Shown one piece after another: positions 9,263-18,227 of a stretch of 33,760 bases of DNA (position 1 is the first letter of the stretch; each line of letters opens with the position of its first letter). Made by a program: the position numbers and the translations under genes. The notes beneath the pieces were generated by a model. It did no database searches. It was not told the origin of the DNA and was given only the letters and a program-made list of their open reading frames with translations. This DNA comes from Acidimicrobiia bacterium (GTDB taxonomy: Bacteria > Actinomycetota > Acidimicrobiia > Spongiisociales > JAENVV01). The stretch is taken from NCBI GenBank assembly GCA_041577335.1, contig JBFGJH010000036.1, forward strand, positions 1 to 33,760. The letters are read 5' to 3'.

Positions 9263-9754
9263 TCAGGCCGTCCGGAATGTTGTGTCCACCGTCGTCGGCC
9301 TTATGAGCGCGAGATAGATCGGACACCGCTCCTTCCAGACCTTGGCGATGGCTGCGACAGCATCCTCGCCATCCGGCGACGTGATGGCGACTTCGACGCG
9401 CACTCCTTGCAGGTCGGGCGCTACGCCATCGAGGCCGAGAAGTCCGCGCGCGTCGGTCTCGCAACGCACTTTGGCTTCGACAGCGTCGACCCGCAATCCG
9501 AGCTGCGGCGCCAGGACGTCACGTACGAATACGACAGCACACCCTGCCAGAGCGCCGAGCAAGAGCGCCGTGGGACTCGGCGCTGCGTTCGAGCCCCCGA
9601 GCGCCGCAGGGAGATCGGCGCGCCACGTGAACGGGCCCGCCTCGATCACCGCCTGGCTCCCGTCGGCACGCGCTGCGACTACAGGGGTGCTGCGTGCCGT
9701 GTCGGGTGCGCCGGTCCAGGCTGCGGCAGTGGCTTCGATGACATCGGTCTTCAC
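9263..9754 (-). CDS. OsmC/Ohr-like family protein
   Basis: ADLPAALGGSNAAPSPTALLLGALAGC and ERCPIYLAL provide the two conserved Cys. GTG at 9754 follows AAGGAGG. Confidence 0.85.
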   Translation of the reverse strand: MKTDVIEATAAAWTGAPDTARSTPVVAARADGSQAVIEAGPFTWRADLPAALGGSNAAPSPTALLLGALAGCAVVFVRDVLAPQLGLRVDAVEAKVRCETDARGLLGLDGVAPDLQGVRVEVAITSPDGEDAVAAIAKVWKERCPIYLALIRPTTVDTTFRTA

Positions 9755-9790
9755 TACTTCCTCCTTGATCTGGCTCGCCACACCGGCGAG

Positions 9791-9843
9791 TTCGGGGGAA
9801 CGTACGATGTCTGCTCGGACAGATCATCCGGAATTCTCCGTAT
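9791..9843. promoter_or_regulatory. Two 18-bp imperfect palindromes between the divergent OsmC and cupin-LuxR genes (candidate operators)
   Basis: ATCCGGAATTCTCCGTAT (9826-9843; AT-n-CGGA-N4-TCCG-n-AT) and the weaker TTCGGGGGAACGTACGAT (9791-9808). Confidence 0.4.
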
Positions 9844-9876
9844 ATGTCCGTTACTTGTGGTGCGATAATGAGCCAC

Positions 9877-10638
9877 ATGCGGGTTCAGCGACAGGCGTTG
9901 ACCGGCAACGGACGCCGGGTCGGCACCACCGAAATCACAGTGGCGACCGTCGGAGATGCGACATTCCTCCGCGAGCGGATGGATCCCGGATGGCGGTGGT
10001 CGGTCGACCTGAAGCCGATCGTCGGCACGGATCTGTGCCCGGCCCTGCACCAGTTGTACGTCGTATCCGGGCGCCTTCGCGTGCTCATGGACGACACCTC
10101 GGAGATCGAGATCGGCCCTGGTGACGCCGCCGTCATCCCGCCCGGACACGACGCCTGGGTCGTTGGCAAGGAGGCATGCGAGATCATTGATTTCTCGCCG
10201 ACTTATGGGCAGTTGATCGCCGCCGCCGAGGCGTACAAGGCGTTGACCGACTCCGAGACGACGCGCCGCCCCCTCTCCAGACCCCAAGCCGCGGCAAGGC
10301 TGCGGGCGGACGCACAGCGGGGCCGTCTGGATCCTGGCGCCGTGGAACTCGTGCTCGGCGCCGTCGGGGTTCAGCCCCGCCGGCGGACCGGGCCCGCCCG
10401 GCTGACGGCCCGCGAACTCGAGGTACTCGTCCTGATTGCCACGGGAGCATCGGCGAAGCAAGTGGCGCACGCTCTCGGGATCGCCGTCAAGACTGCGACG
10501 ACCCACATCGAACGGATCTATGCGAAGTGTGACGTGTCCACACGTTCGGAGGTAACGCACTTCGCCATCGCCAATGGCCTGGTGCGCCCGCTCTCGCCGA
10601 TCGAAGCCCGGGACGTTCGGTCGACGCTCTCGCGGTGA
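9877..10638 (+). CDS. Cupin domain fused to a LuxR-type HTH transcriptional regulator
   Basis: Cupin: PGWRWS..KPIVGTDLC..HQLYVVSG...IGPGD..VIPPGHDAWVVG. LuxR HTH: LTARELEVLVLIATG.SAKQVA..LGIAVKTATTHIERIYAK. Start is 9877 (GATAAT 7 nt upstream) or 9868. Confidence 0.85.
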   Translation: MRVQRQALTGNGRRVGTTEITVATVGDATFLRERMDPGWRWSVDLKPIVGTDLCPALHQLYVVSGRLRVLMDDTSEIEIGPGDAAVIPPGHDAWVVGKEACEIIDFSPTYGQLIAAAEAYKALTDSETTRRPLSRPQAAARLRADAQRGRLDPGAVELVLGAVGVQPRRRTGPARLTARELEVLVLIATGASAKQVAHALGIAVKTATTHIERIYAKCDVSTRSEVTHFAIANGLVRPLSPIEARDVRSTLSR

Positions 10639-10968
10639 TTCCGCTGCTGCTCCACCTGGTGTTACAACTCGCCGAGCATCTTCTCTGATGGCGCGGGAAT
10701 CCGGGGAAGTGGATTCGTTGCACCGTCGCCGGCTTGGGTGTGCTCGAGATCACTCGATGGGGCCGCCGGGCCATCGAGAGACCTTCTTGTTCTCGGCAAA
10801 CGAAGCCTTCGTGGGCGATCCCGCCGAGGCCACCGTCACCGTCGAGTTCTCCTTCGTTTGCAGCGAGTCGTACTCGGGCTGCTGAGCACCAGGTCGTGCC
10901 AGATTTGCTTGGCGATCGGGCAGCCCAGAGCACACCCAGCCGATAAGATTGAGTGCTGGGAGGTCGCA

Positions 10969-11202
10969 ATGAATCGCGGTTCTCAACCGCATTGGTCGGC
11001 GGCGATGCGGGCCCATGACTGCCTCACGGTTCGCAATGGAGTTCTCCACATCAAAGGGCTGAGCACGCTCGACCGGGCGGAGAGGTTAGGGACCCCGCTC
11101 TTCGTGTTCTCGGAGGCGCAGCTCCGGGTGAACCTGCGTCGGTTCCGCGAAGTGTTCGCTGCCGGCTGGCCGAGCCCGATCGATGTGCTCCCGGCGGCGT
11201 GA
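10969..11202 (+). pseudogene. N-terminal stub of a diaminopimelate-decarboxylase-like (fold-type III PLP) enzyme
   Basis: GGAGG then ATG. GVLHIKG...AERLGTPLFVFSEAQLRVNLRRFREVF matches the LysA N-terminus. It stops at VLPAA*, just before the expected KAN PLP-lysine. Confidence 0.75.
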
Positions 11203-12014
11203 GCCGGGTGTCCCGGGTCGATGTGGACGGCCTGTCCATCGCCTATCGCCAGCGGGGTGAAGGACCGCCCCTCGTGCTGTTGCACGGATGGCCACTGGAC
11301 AGTCGCGAGTGGCTCCGGCAACTCGACAGTCTCTCCGACGACTTCCGGGTCGTTGCGTGGGACGCTCCGGGAGCCGGTCAGTCGTCCGACCCACCCGAAT
11401 CATCCACGCTGTCTGACTGGGCTGACTGGCTCGCCGGATTCATCGACGCGCTAGGCCTGTCACCTGCTCACGTCGCGGGGCTGTCTTTCGGCGGGGGTCT
11501 CGCCCTCCAGCTGTTCCGAGATCATCCGGATGTGGTCCGCTCGCTCATCCTGATCTCTGCCTATGCGGGTTGGGGTGGATCGCTCCCCCCAGATGAGGTC
11601 GAAGCCCGTGTCAGCCTCACGCGGCGCAACTCCGAGCGGCCGCCCGACGAGTGGGCGCCGGCTTTGATCGAAACGCTCCTTCCCGGGGGTTCGGATCCAA
11701 CGCTGGCCGACGAACTGGCCGAGATGCTGGAGGACTTCCATCCAGCGGCAACCCGCACCTCACTTCAGGCTTTCGCCGACGCGGACCTCCGCAATACCCT
11801 CACCGACGTCGACGTTCCGACGCTGCTGCTCTACGGCGAACTGGACGTCCGCTCCCCCGCTGCCGTGTGGGAGCCGATCCACGCCGGGATCGCCCATTCG
11901 AAACTCGTCGTGATCCCCGGTGTGGGGCACATGATCGACATGCAGGCTCCCGAGCGATGCAACGCCGAGATCCGGACCTTCCTCGTCGAGACTGAGCGGC
12001 GGCTTGCGACATGA
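11199..12014 (+). CDS. Alpha/beta fold hydrolase
   Basis: LVLLHGW, VVAWDAPGAGQS, nucleophile elbow GLSFGG, LLYGELD, GVGH: an intact Ser-Asp-His triad. Confidence 0.92.
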   Translation: MSRVSRVDVDGLSIAYRQRGEGPPLVLLHGWPLDSREWLRQLDSLSDDFRVVAWDAPGAGQSSDPPESSTLSDWADWLAGFIDALGLSPAHVAGLSFGGGLALQLFRDHPDVVRSLILISAYAGWGGSLPPDEVEARVSLTRRNSERPPDEWAPALIETLLPGGSDPTLADELAEMLEDFHPAATRTSLQAFADADLRNTLTDVDVPTLLLYGELDVRSPAAVWEPIHAGIAHSKLVVIPGVGHMIDMQAPERCNAEIRTFLVETERRLAT

Positions 12015-12415
12015 CCGATCCGCGTACCACCGTGGTCTTCCGCTGGTTAGCCGCCGGTGACGCTGGAGACCTCGACGCGTTTGATCAGCTGCTGCACCCC
12101 GACGTGATCATCCACGCTCCGCTCGGGCTGTCGACAACGAGCGCGGACGAGGAGAAGGCCGTGTGGGCGGAGGCGCTGGCAGCCATGCCGGGTCTCCGCC
12201 ACGAGATCCAGGAAGTCCTCGTCGACGGCGACGTTGAGATGGCCCGGGTCGTGGTGACCGGCACGATGAAACAGAGCTTTGCTGGTGTCCCAACTACCGG
12301 AGGTAGCTTCCGGATCGACCAGGCGGTGATCACTCACCTGCGCGATGGCAAGGTCGCCGAGGCTTGGGAGATTGCCGATGTCGCAGCGCTCCAAGCGCAG
12401 GTCTCACGCGAATAG
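12011..12415 (+). CDS. SnoaL-like ester cyclase / NTF2-fold protein
   Basis: GDLDAFDQLLHPD, AMPGLRHEIQEVLVDGD, DGKVAEAWEIAD. ATGA overlap with the hydrolase gene. Confidence 0.85.
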   Translation: MTDPRTTVVFRWLAAGDAGDLDAFDQLLHPDVIIHAPLGLSTTSADEEKAVWAEALAAMPGLRHEIQEVLVDGDVEMARVVVTGTMKQSFAGVPTTGGSFRIDQAVITHLRDGKVAEAWEIADVAALQAQVSRE

Positions 12416-12714
12416 CCGGAGTCACACCGAGCCTTCCAGAGGCGGTTGTCAGCGGTCACCTCGAGGGTAAGCCGGCGACCAACACCAGTGGTTGCGGCGA
12501 CATCGCCGGTCCGGCTTCCCCCAAGGCGGTACGGATCCTCGTCACCAGATCAGCAGCTCTTTGGCCTCGATCGTGAAGGCGAGCCCGCTGTTCAGCATGG
12601 CCCCGATTCCGAGCGCCGTTCTCGCCGCCGCCCGATCTCGCGTGAAGACGCGCCTAGCACCCGGTGCGTTGGATCGGCACATGTTCATGGCCCCTGCTTG
12701 GCCATAATGGATCT

Positions 12715-13140
12715 GTGACGACTGACGAACGAAACGCCGAGTTTGTGCGACGTGTCTTTGACGACGGGTGGAACCGGTCGAGTTTCGACTTCCTCGAGGG
12801 CGCGACGGCCGACCTGATGCCGTTCCACTACAACGGAGCCACTCAGCAGGTGACCCCTGAGTCGCTGCCTGGTCTGGTTCAGATGTGGCGAAGTGCCTTT
12901 CCCGATCTCGCGATGGAGATCCGTCATGTGATCGCGCAGGGGGATCTCGTTGCTGTCGCGCTCACGTTGCGAGGCACTCACCTGGGGCCGTGGGAAGGTC
13001 ATGAGCCGTCTGGGGCGCAGGTCGCGGTTGAGGAGATGATGGTGTTCCGCTTCGACTCGGGTCTGCTGGTTGAGATGTGGGAGGTCTTCGACGACCACGG
13101 GCTGCGCGCTCAGATCACCCATTCGGATGGTAACGCGTAA
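12715..13140 (+). CDS. SnoaL-like ester cyclase
   Basis: NAEFVRRVFDDGWN, SAFPDL..EIRHVIAQGDLVA, LRGTHLGPWEG, MVFRFDSG.LVEMW. CATAAT lies 6 nt before GTG 12715. Confidence 0.88.
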   Translation: MTTDERNAEFVRRVFDDGWNRSSFDFLEGATADLMPFHYNGATQQVTPESLPGLVQMWRSAFPDLAMEIRHVIAQGDLVAVALTLRGTHLGPWEGHEPSGAQVAVEEMMVFRFDSGLLVEMWEVFDDHGLRAQITHSDGNA

Positions 13141-13240
13141 CGGCACGTCCGTGGGCCCAGGATGTGTGCTTCGAGCTGCGTGCGAAAAGCTGTCGGTCGC
13201 TCTCGTCGCCCGTCGGTTTCGACGCCAGGGTCACCTGCGG

Positions 13241-13669
13241 TCAGCAGTTGAACGACATCTGCACATCGTAGTTTTCGCCGTCGCCGCCCATCTCGCCCGA
13301 CCACGTGACGTTGCTGCCCGAGACAACTGGCGAGTCAGGGCTGCCGTTGTCGGCGTATTCGGTGCCTTCGAGCCGCGCCCGCACCAAGGTGATGTCGCCG
13401 GCTTGATTCAGAGACACGAAGTCGTCCCCGTCGTCGAACCTGATCGCAACTCCGGCCGGACCATCGGGGAAGCAGTCCGTTGCACCCGAGAACTCGTAGC
13501 TGTCACCGCCAACTTGAACCGAGGCGGTGGCCCCGCTTCCATCCCCGCCGGTTTCGACGGCCTCCGCGGCTGCATCGACGGCGTCGCCCTGCGAGGAGCT
13601 GCCATCTCCACCACCGCAAGCCGCGCCGACGAGAACCATCACCATCAAAGCCAAGAGCAAGCGTTGCAA
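13241..13669 (-). CDS. Putative lipoprotein, unknown function
   Basis: TTG after GAAGGGG. Hydrophobic stretch, lipobox VGAAC, Gly/Asp/Ser linker, then a small beta-rich domain with two Cys. Confidence 0.7.
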   Translation of the reverse strand: MQRLLLALMVMVLVGAACGGGDGSSSQGDAVDAAAEAVETGGDGSGATASVQVGGDSYEFSGATDCFPDGPAGVAIRFDDGDDFVSLNQAGDITLVRARLEGTEYADNGSPDSPVVSGSNVTWSGEMGGDGENYDVQMSFNC

Positions 13670-14008
13670 GATAGATCCCCTTCTCTGGTTCCCGTCGAGC
13701 ATACCGACCAGGCTTCATCGGGAAGGAAGCGACTGCGTCTTCTCCCGACACGACAGACGCAGACACGAAGCCTGCCTTCGAGAGGGTGCGGTGACGATCG
13801 AATGGTTGCCGGCGACGCGCACCCGATCTCGTCACCTCGATCCGCAACTCTCGTTCGGCGCCAAGCCGACCATGGGTGCTCGATGCACCAGACTGTGGTC
13901 GGCACGATTTCGAGTAGAGCAGCCTCTTCTCCCACCGTCAGGCCTCCTCGCTCGTGGTTTGATACCGTTCCACAGGTTTTCTGACAGGCCGGGAGCCCGG
14001 TCGGACCT

Positions 14009-14668
14009 TCAGATGCGCTTGATGGAACGAGGGTGCGGCAGGGCTTCGACCTCGGCTGCCGTCAGCGACAGCACGACCGAGTCGTTGGAGACGGACCGCA
14101 CGTCGGCGACTGGGATGGCCACCTCGCGATGGCCCAACAGATGACCCTCCTCGAGCACTACGTGCGTGATGTCGTCGCCGGACACCAAGAAACCGTCGAC
14201 CCGTCCCAGCCGGGTTTCATCAGACCCGAAAACGGGACTCTGCCGGCGGATCTCGACATGTCCTTTCGGGATGCGGTGAAAGGTGACCTCGACTGGAGCG
14301 TTCTCGTCCAGCCCCGGGTAGCGAGACCATGCGAAGCCGTCGAACTCGCCGGTGTAGTAAGGAAGCGCGGATACCTCTTCGATGCCGACGTCCCAATTCC
14401 CGGACGCCTCGATTGGCTGAGACATCTTGACGAACTGGGTCGACTCCACCAGTGGATAGTGTTCGGGAGCGTGTTTGCAACGAAGCATCTCGCCTTGTGC
14501 ATCGGGATCAACATCGGCGATCGGAACCAGCCGAGCTCGCTCATGATGACGGCGCGGCGCCACGACGACATGTGAAACCACCCGAGCGTGCGGATCGACT
14601 ATCACGTCGGCAACAACGCCCTCTCCACCGGCCGCGAACGAGACGGGAACGCCAAGTTCGAGTTTCAT
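14009..14668 (-). CDS. Tandem PRC-barrel domain protein
   Basis: Two repeats of G.V.DVIVDP...VSHVVV...RLVP and LGRVDGFLV...ITHVVLEEGHLLGHREVAIP. TAGGGT lies 6 nt before the ATG. Confidence 0.85.
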   Translation of the reverse strand: MKLELGVPVSFAAGGEGVVADVIVDPHARVVSHVVVAPRRHHERARLVPIADVDPDAQGEMLRCKHAPEHYPLVESTQFVKMSQPIEASGNWDVGIEEVSALPYYTGEFDGFAWSRYPGLDENAPVEVTFHRIPKGHVEIRRQSPVFGSDETRLGRVDGFLVSGDDITHVVLEEGHLLGHREVAIPVADVRSVSNDSVVLSLTAAEVEALPHPRSIKRI

Positions 14669-15195
14669 ACCGCGACCCTACCGGCCGCCGAGTTCGCTCG
14701 TGCGTGGCCGCCAGGCGAACAAAGGCCCGGGGTGGGGGACGGCGGATCGGGTGTGATTGTGACCAAGGCAAGGTGGGAGGCGTACTCCTCCAGCTGGGAT
14801 CGGTCCGGGTGGCGTGGAATGCCCCGGACTCGCATGATCCCGCCAACCATCCGGGGGTGGCGTTGTAATCGCAGTTCGAGGAAGTCGGCGATCCTCTTCG
14901 GCTCGACGCACACCTCGGCGACTCCCGAGAAGCGGGAGCTGCCGACCCGAACCTCGACGCGCGGGTTGGCGAGCGCGTTGCGGACCCAGTCGGCCCTGGC
15001 TCCTTGCACGGAGCCGACGACCAGCGAACCGTTCACCTTCTCGTATTGGAGCGGGGTTACCCGAATTTTGCCTGTCCGACGTCCTGTGGTCGTCAGAAGC
15101 AGCACCAAGCGACCGTAGATCCTTCCGAGGCCTACGGCGTAGAGCAGCCGGGGAGGCAGCTTGAGCAGTCGAAACAACGCCTTCGAAACGGTCAT
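14665..15195 (-). CDS. Deazaflavin (F420)-dependent nitroreductase-family oxidoreductase (DDN)
   Basis: LLLTTTGRRTGKIRVTPLQY and GARADWVRNALANPRVEVRVG. ATG 15195 follows GAGGGAG. Confidence 0.88.
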   Translation of the reverse strand: MTVSKALFRLLKLPPRLLYAVGLGRIYGRLVLLLTTTGRRTGKIRVTPLQYEKVNGSLVVGSVQGARADWVRNALANPRVEVRVGSSRFSGVAEVCVEPKRIADFLELRLQRHPRMVGGIMRVRGIPRHPDRSQLEEYASHLALVTITPDPPSPTPGLCSPGGHARANSAAGRVAV

Positions 15196-15753
15196 TCGCT
15201 CCCTCGATGCCAGTGGATGGCGCTTCGCTTCGCTCCTGGCTTTCAGAATCCTCCCAGATGGCGGAAGGGGCCAGAGGACTAAGTCCCATCGCCGGCAAGG
15301 AACTGTGGCCATGTTTCTCGGCTGGCCGCCGCGGAGCGATCCCATATTCGCTCTCGATGTCGCATACGCCCGTTTCCGCTCTGACGGCATCTCGGCGTGC
15401 GGCTACTTCTTGCCTTCTTGTCGACGCTGCCGGGCGGAACGGTTCGAGACGGGCTGGGCTGGATCCAGGAGCCGACCATCGCCGGCCCGGACCTGCCGCT
15501 CAAGCTCACAGGTGAGCCCCCCGAGGCCTGCCGATTGACTCGCGATCGAAGGCGCCATGTCTGGTCCGTTCCAGTACGTCATCGGCATCGTTTGGTGCTG
15601 ATGGCCCAAAGGGGTCGAAGGCCTCTTCTATTCGCGTGAATGCTGCGATATATGTGAATGTGATCTGGAGCACGAGACCACGGTCGCCGGTGCGTAGGGG
15701 CGGCCGGTGCGACCGTGGTGAAGTCGAGTCTCTAGAAGGAGAGGGGGAGCATC

Positions 15754-16248
15754 ATGAAGAAGTTTGGTTCACTATTGGTGGTGGCGGCTGTCGCACTGGC
15801 GCTGCTACCTGCGGGTTTGGCACAAGCCAAGTCCCCGCAACTGAAGGCAACGACCTTCCATACACCCGGCACAGAGTTTGTGTATCCGTACCTGGAAGGA
15901 TGGGAAGGACCGGTCAGCGGAGACATCGACGGATGGATTGAGTGGTGGATCGATGTGGAGACCTGGACTGCCTGGGATGAGATTCTGGCCGGAGAACCCC
16001 TGCCGAATGCGAGCCACTACACGGTGATCACGAGGATCTACGAGTACGAAGACGGTCCGCTGCTTCTCGAAACATTGGAACACGGTACAACCACGTTGGC
16101 GAACACCACCTGGCGGGCCAATGGAATAGTCACCGACGCTAGCCAGGAGTTCGCGAGCTGGATAGGTCGCAACGTGCACGAGAGCGGAGAGTTCACCATG
16201 GGGCCGACGGGACCCGTGGAGGGAACGAGCGACTTCAGAATCAACTAA
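15754..16248 (+). CDS. Secreted hypothetical protein
   Basis: Purine-rich RBS (GAAGGAGAGGGGGAG). Signal peptide MKKFGSLLVVAAVALALLPAGLAQA. Acidic, Trp-rich mature part with coding-like codon use. Confidence 0.8.
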   Translation: MKKFGSLLVVAAVALALLPAGLAQAKSPQLKATTFHTPGTEFVYPYLEGWEGPVSGDIDGWIEWWIDVETWTAWDEILAGEPLPNASHYTVITRIYEYEDGPLLLETLEHGTTTLANTTWRANGIVTDASQEFASWIGRNVHESGEFTMGPTGPVEGTSDFRIN

Positions 16249-16285
16249 CGGCCGGCTGAGGACTCTTCCGGAACTAGCCGTCCGA

Positions 16286-16319
16286 ACCAAAGTGGACGCC
16301 TCTAGGGGTCCACTTCGGT
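16286..16319. terminator. Hairpin between convergent genes (candidate terminator)
   Basis: ACCAAAGTGGAC...GTCCACTTCGGT; core AAGTGGAC/GTCCACTT pairs perfectly; no U-tract. Confidence 0.55.
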
Positions 16320-16465
16320 GCTCACCCCCAAGCACGGGGCGCCGCCACCCGGTGATCCTCCTTGACAGGCGCGGGTTCTTCGTGACCCTGCGCCACCCAG
16401 GCCACTGGGAAGGCCAAGGATCCGCCCGGACCCGAACGCATCGGTGGCGGGGCTCCGGCAGCCTG

Positions 16466-17467
16466 CTACGGGGTGGGGTGGTCTTCCAGCCAGGCTCGGA
16501 GCAGCACGACGTTGGCCTGGTGCTCTTCGTAGGTGACGGCGTAGCGGGTCTCGCCCGAGTCGAGGTCGATGGTCACATAGAACCACCAGTCGCCCGGCGG
16601 CGGGTCCAGGAACGCGTCGATAGACGCCTCGTCCGGTGAGCAGATCGGTGTGGGTGGAAGACCGTCGCGCCGGTATGAGTTGTACGGCTGGTCTGACGCC
16701 CTTTCCTCACTGGTGGTGAAGATGCGGTCCTCGGCTACCGGATAGAGGATGATCGAATCCATCTGTAGTGGCCCGCCGCCGGTCAGCCGGTTGGTGAGCA
16801 CGCGCGCCACCTTCGGCTTTTCGTTTTGGTTGTACGTCTCCTTCTCGATGACCGAGGCGGCGGTCAGGACGCGTTGCCACAGTTCCCGAGTAACGCCCCG
16901 CTCCTCGAGTTGCTCGATTCGACGGTCGACCATTGCCTGCACCAGTTCGGCCGCTGTTGCCGCTTCTGGATAGGTGCCAGGAGCCATCCACCCCTCCGGG
17001 TTTCCGCCCGCCTCTGGTGGAAGCCTGACCGAGGCAATCGCGGCAATGACGTCTGCTGATTCCAATCCGAACGCTGTGGCGATGTCGTCGGCCAGGTGCT
17101 TGGTCAATGCTCCGCCCGGCGCCACGGTCCGCGGCCCCGCCGAGGGCTTGGCAACGAAGGTGTAGCCGGAAGCGGCTTGGCTTACTTCGGGCGACGTGGT
17201 CGAAGGGGTCCTCGCCAGGGTGGAGGCAACCACCGCGGTCGTCGGTGTCGTTTCAGCCGGCGGCGTCGGATTTGTCTCAGCAGGCGCACCAGAGGAACCG
17301 ACGCCAACGTCCGCTCGGGCCCGTGTGGTCGCAACGGCGGCCGTTTGCTGCTCTGGCTCTCCTCGCTCCTGGTCGGAAAGACGGCCTCCCAAGGCGGCAA
17401 CACCAACCACCACCGCCGCCAGCACGACAACGGTCAGCGCCAATGCTCTCGATCTGGGCTCGGTCAT
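16466..17467 (-). CDS. mltG: Endolytic transglycosylase MltG/YceG-family protein
   Basis: N-terminal TM helix, then EGWMAPGTY, ASVIEKE (catalytic Glu), VARVLTNRL...LQMD, PYNSY..GLPPTPICSP and WFYV. Confidence 0.85.
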   Translation of the reverse strand: MTEPRSRALALTVVVLAAVVVGVAALGGRLSDQERGEPEQQTAAVATTRARADVGVGSSGAPAETNPTPPAETTPTTAVVASTLARTPSTTSPEVSQAASGYTFVAKPSAGPRTVAPGGALTKHLADDIATAFGLESADVIAAIASVRLPPEAGGNPEGWMAPGTYPEAATAAELVQAMVDRRIEQLEERGVTRELWQRVLTAASVIEKETYNQNEKPKVARVLTNRLTGGGPLQMDSIILYPVAEDRIFTTSEERASDQPYNSYRRDGLPPTPICSPDEASIDAFLDPPPGDWWFYVTIDLDSGETRYAVTYEEHQANVVLLRAWLEDHPTP

Positions 17468-17643
17468 TGCTTCTCCGGTCGCATGGCGGGACATAGGCTT
17501 CCACTTCCGCCGACCGATTGTGGCACGACATGCTCATCCGGTCAGCTCCGGCTTGTGAACGCTTGGATCGCCGACCGCCCATCGCTGTGCGCACGACGTC
17601 GTGCCGGGCGCAACCTGAAAATGCACCTCGGACGTCGAAGGAA

Positions 17644-17690
17644 TCTGATGCTTGACAACTCAAACCTGAGTCCGGTATGTATAGATTATA
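17644..17690 (+). promoter_or_regulatory. AT-rich hsp20 promoter region with TTGACA and HAIR (HspR operator)-like half sites
   Basis: TTGACA at 17652-17657. ACTCAAA (17658-17664) and CCTGAGT (17665-17671) each match a half of CTTGAGT-N7-ACTCAAG at 6/7, but their N7-spaced partner halves are poor. Confidence 0.4.
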
Positions 17691-17730
17691 TGAACCCTCG
17701 ATGCAGGGTTTGAGAACCGCTGAATCGTAA

Positions 17731-18174
17731 ATGAGAAAGGAGCAGGAGACGATGATGCGTTTCATGCAGCCGTACGAACAGTTGAATCGACGGGACACCT
17801 GGGACGAGCGGCAGGTCCGTAGGATGCCCATGGACGCCAGCGAATCGGATGGAGCGCTCACCTTGCGTTTCGACCTTCCCGGCATCCATCCAGAAGACGT
17901 CGAACTGACGATCGAAAACCACCGGTTGAAGGTATCTGCGGAGCGCCCCTTCGAAGAATCGGACGACGTGGTGTGGCTGCGGCGCGAGCGGCCGGCCGGC
18001 TTGCATCACCGTACGGTGCGGCTCGATGCTCGGCTCGACACGGACAACGTCGATGCCACCTTCCGCAACGGAGTGCTGACGGCGACCATTCCCATTCTCG
18101 AGGAAGCCAAGCCCCGGCAGGTTGCCATCTCGACCGAAGCCCCAGAGCTGCTCACGGCCGGAGCCGCCTCCTAG
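17731..18174 (+). CDS. Hsp20/alpha-crystallin small heat-shock protein
   Basis: MPMDA, FDLPGIHPEDVELTIE, RRERPAG, LDTDNVDATFRNGVLTATIP...AKPRQVAI. The start may be ATG 17752 (after AGGAG). Confidence 0.92.
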   Translation: MRKEQETMMRFMQPYEQLNRRDTWDERQVRRMPMDASESDGALTLRFDLPGIHPEDVELTIENHRLKVSAERPFEESDDVVWLRRERPAGLHHRTVRLDARLDTDNVDATFRNGVLTATIPILEEAKPRQVAISTEAPELLTAGAAS

Positions 18175-18227
18175 GGACGGCGTTCGCCGGCTCGCACGAC
18201 TCAGGGTGAACTCGCAGGAGATCATCG

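Noticed and set aside
11200..11202. TGA of the lysA stub as selenocysteine or readthrough
   Set aside because: Readthrough gives AGCPGSMW..., with no KAN motif or further LysA similarity.
12416..12700. Possible small gene between the SnoaL genes (minus strand ...GLAFTIEAKELLIW)
   Set aside because: Short, with no RBS and no convincing family motif.
13733..13762. Inverted repeat CTGCGTCT/AGACGCAG
   Set aside because: 8-bp arms with a 14-nt loop; plausible by chance, and no function can be supported.
15403..15609. 68-aa minus-strand ORF
   Set aside because: No RBS, no motif and weak coding character.
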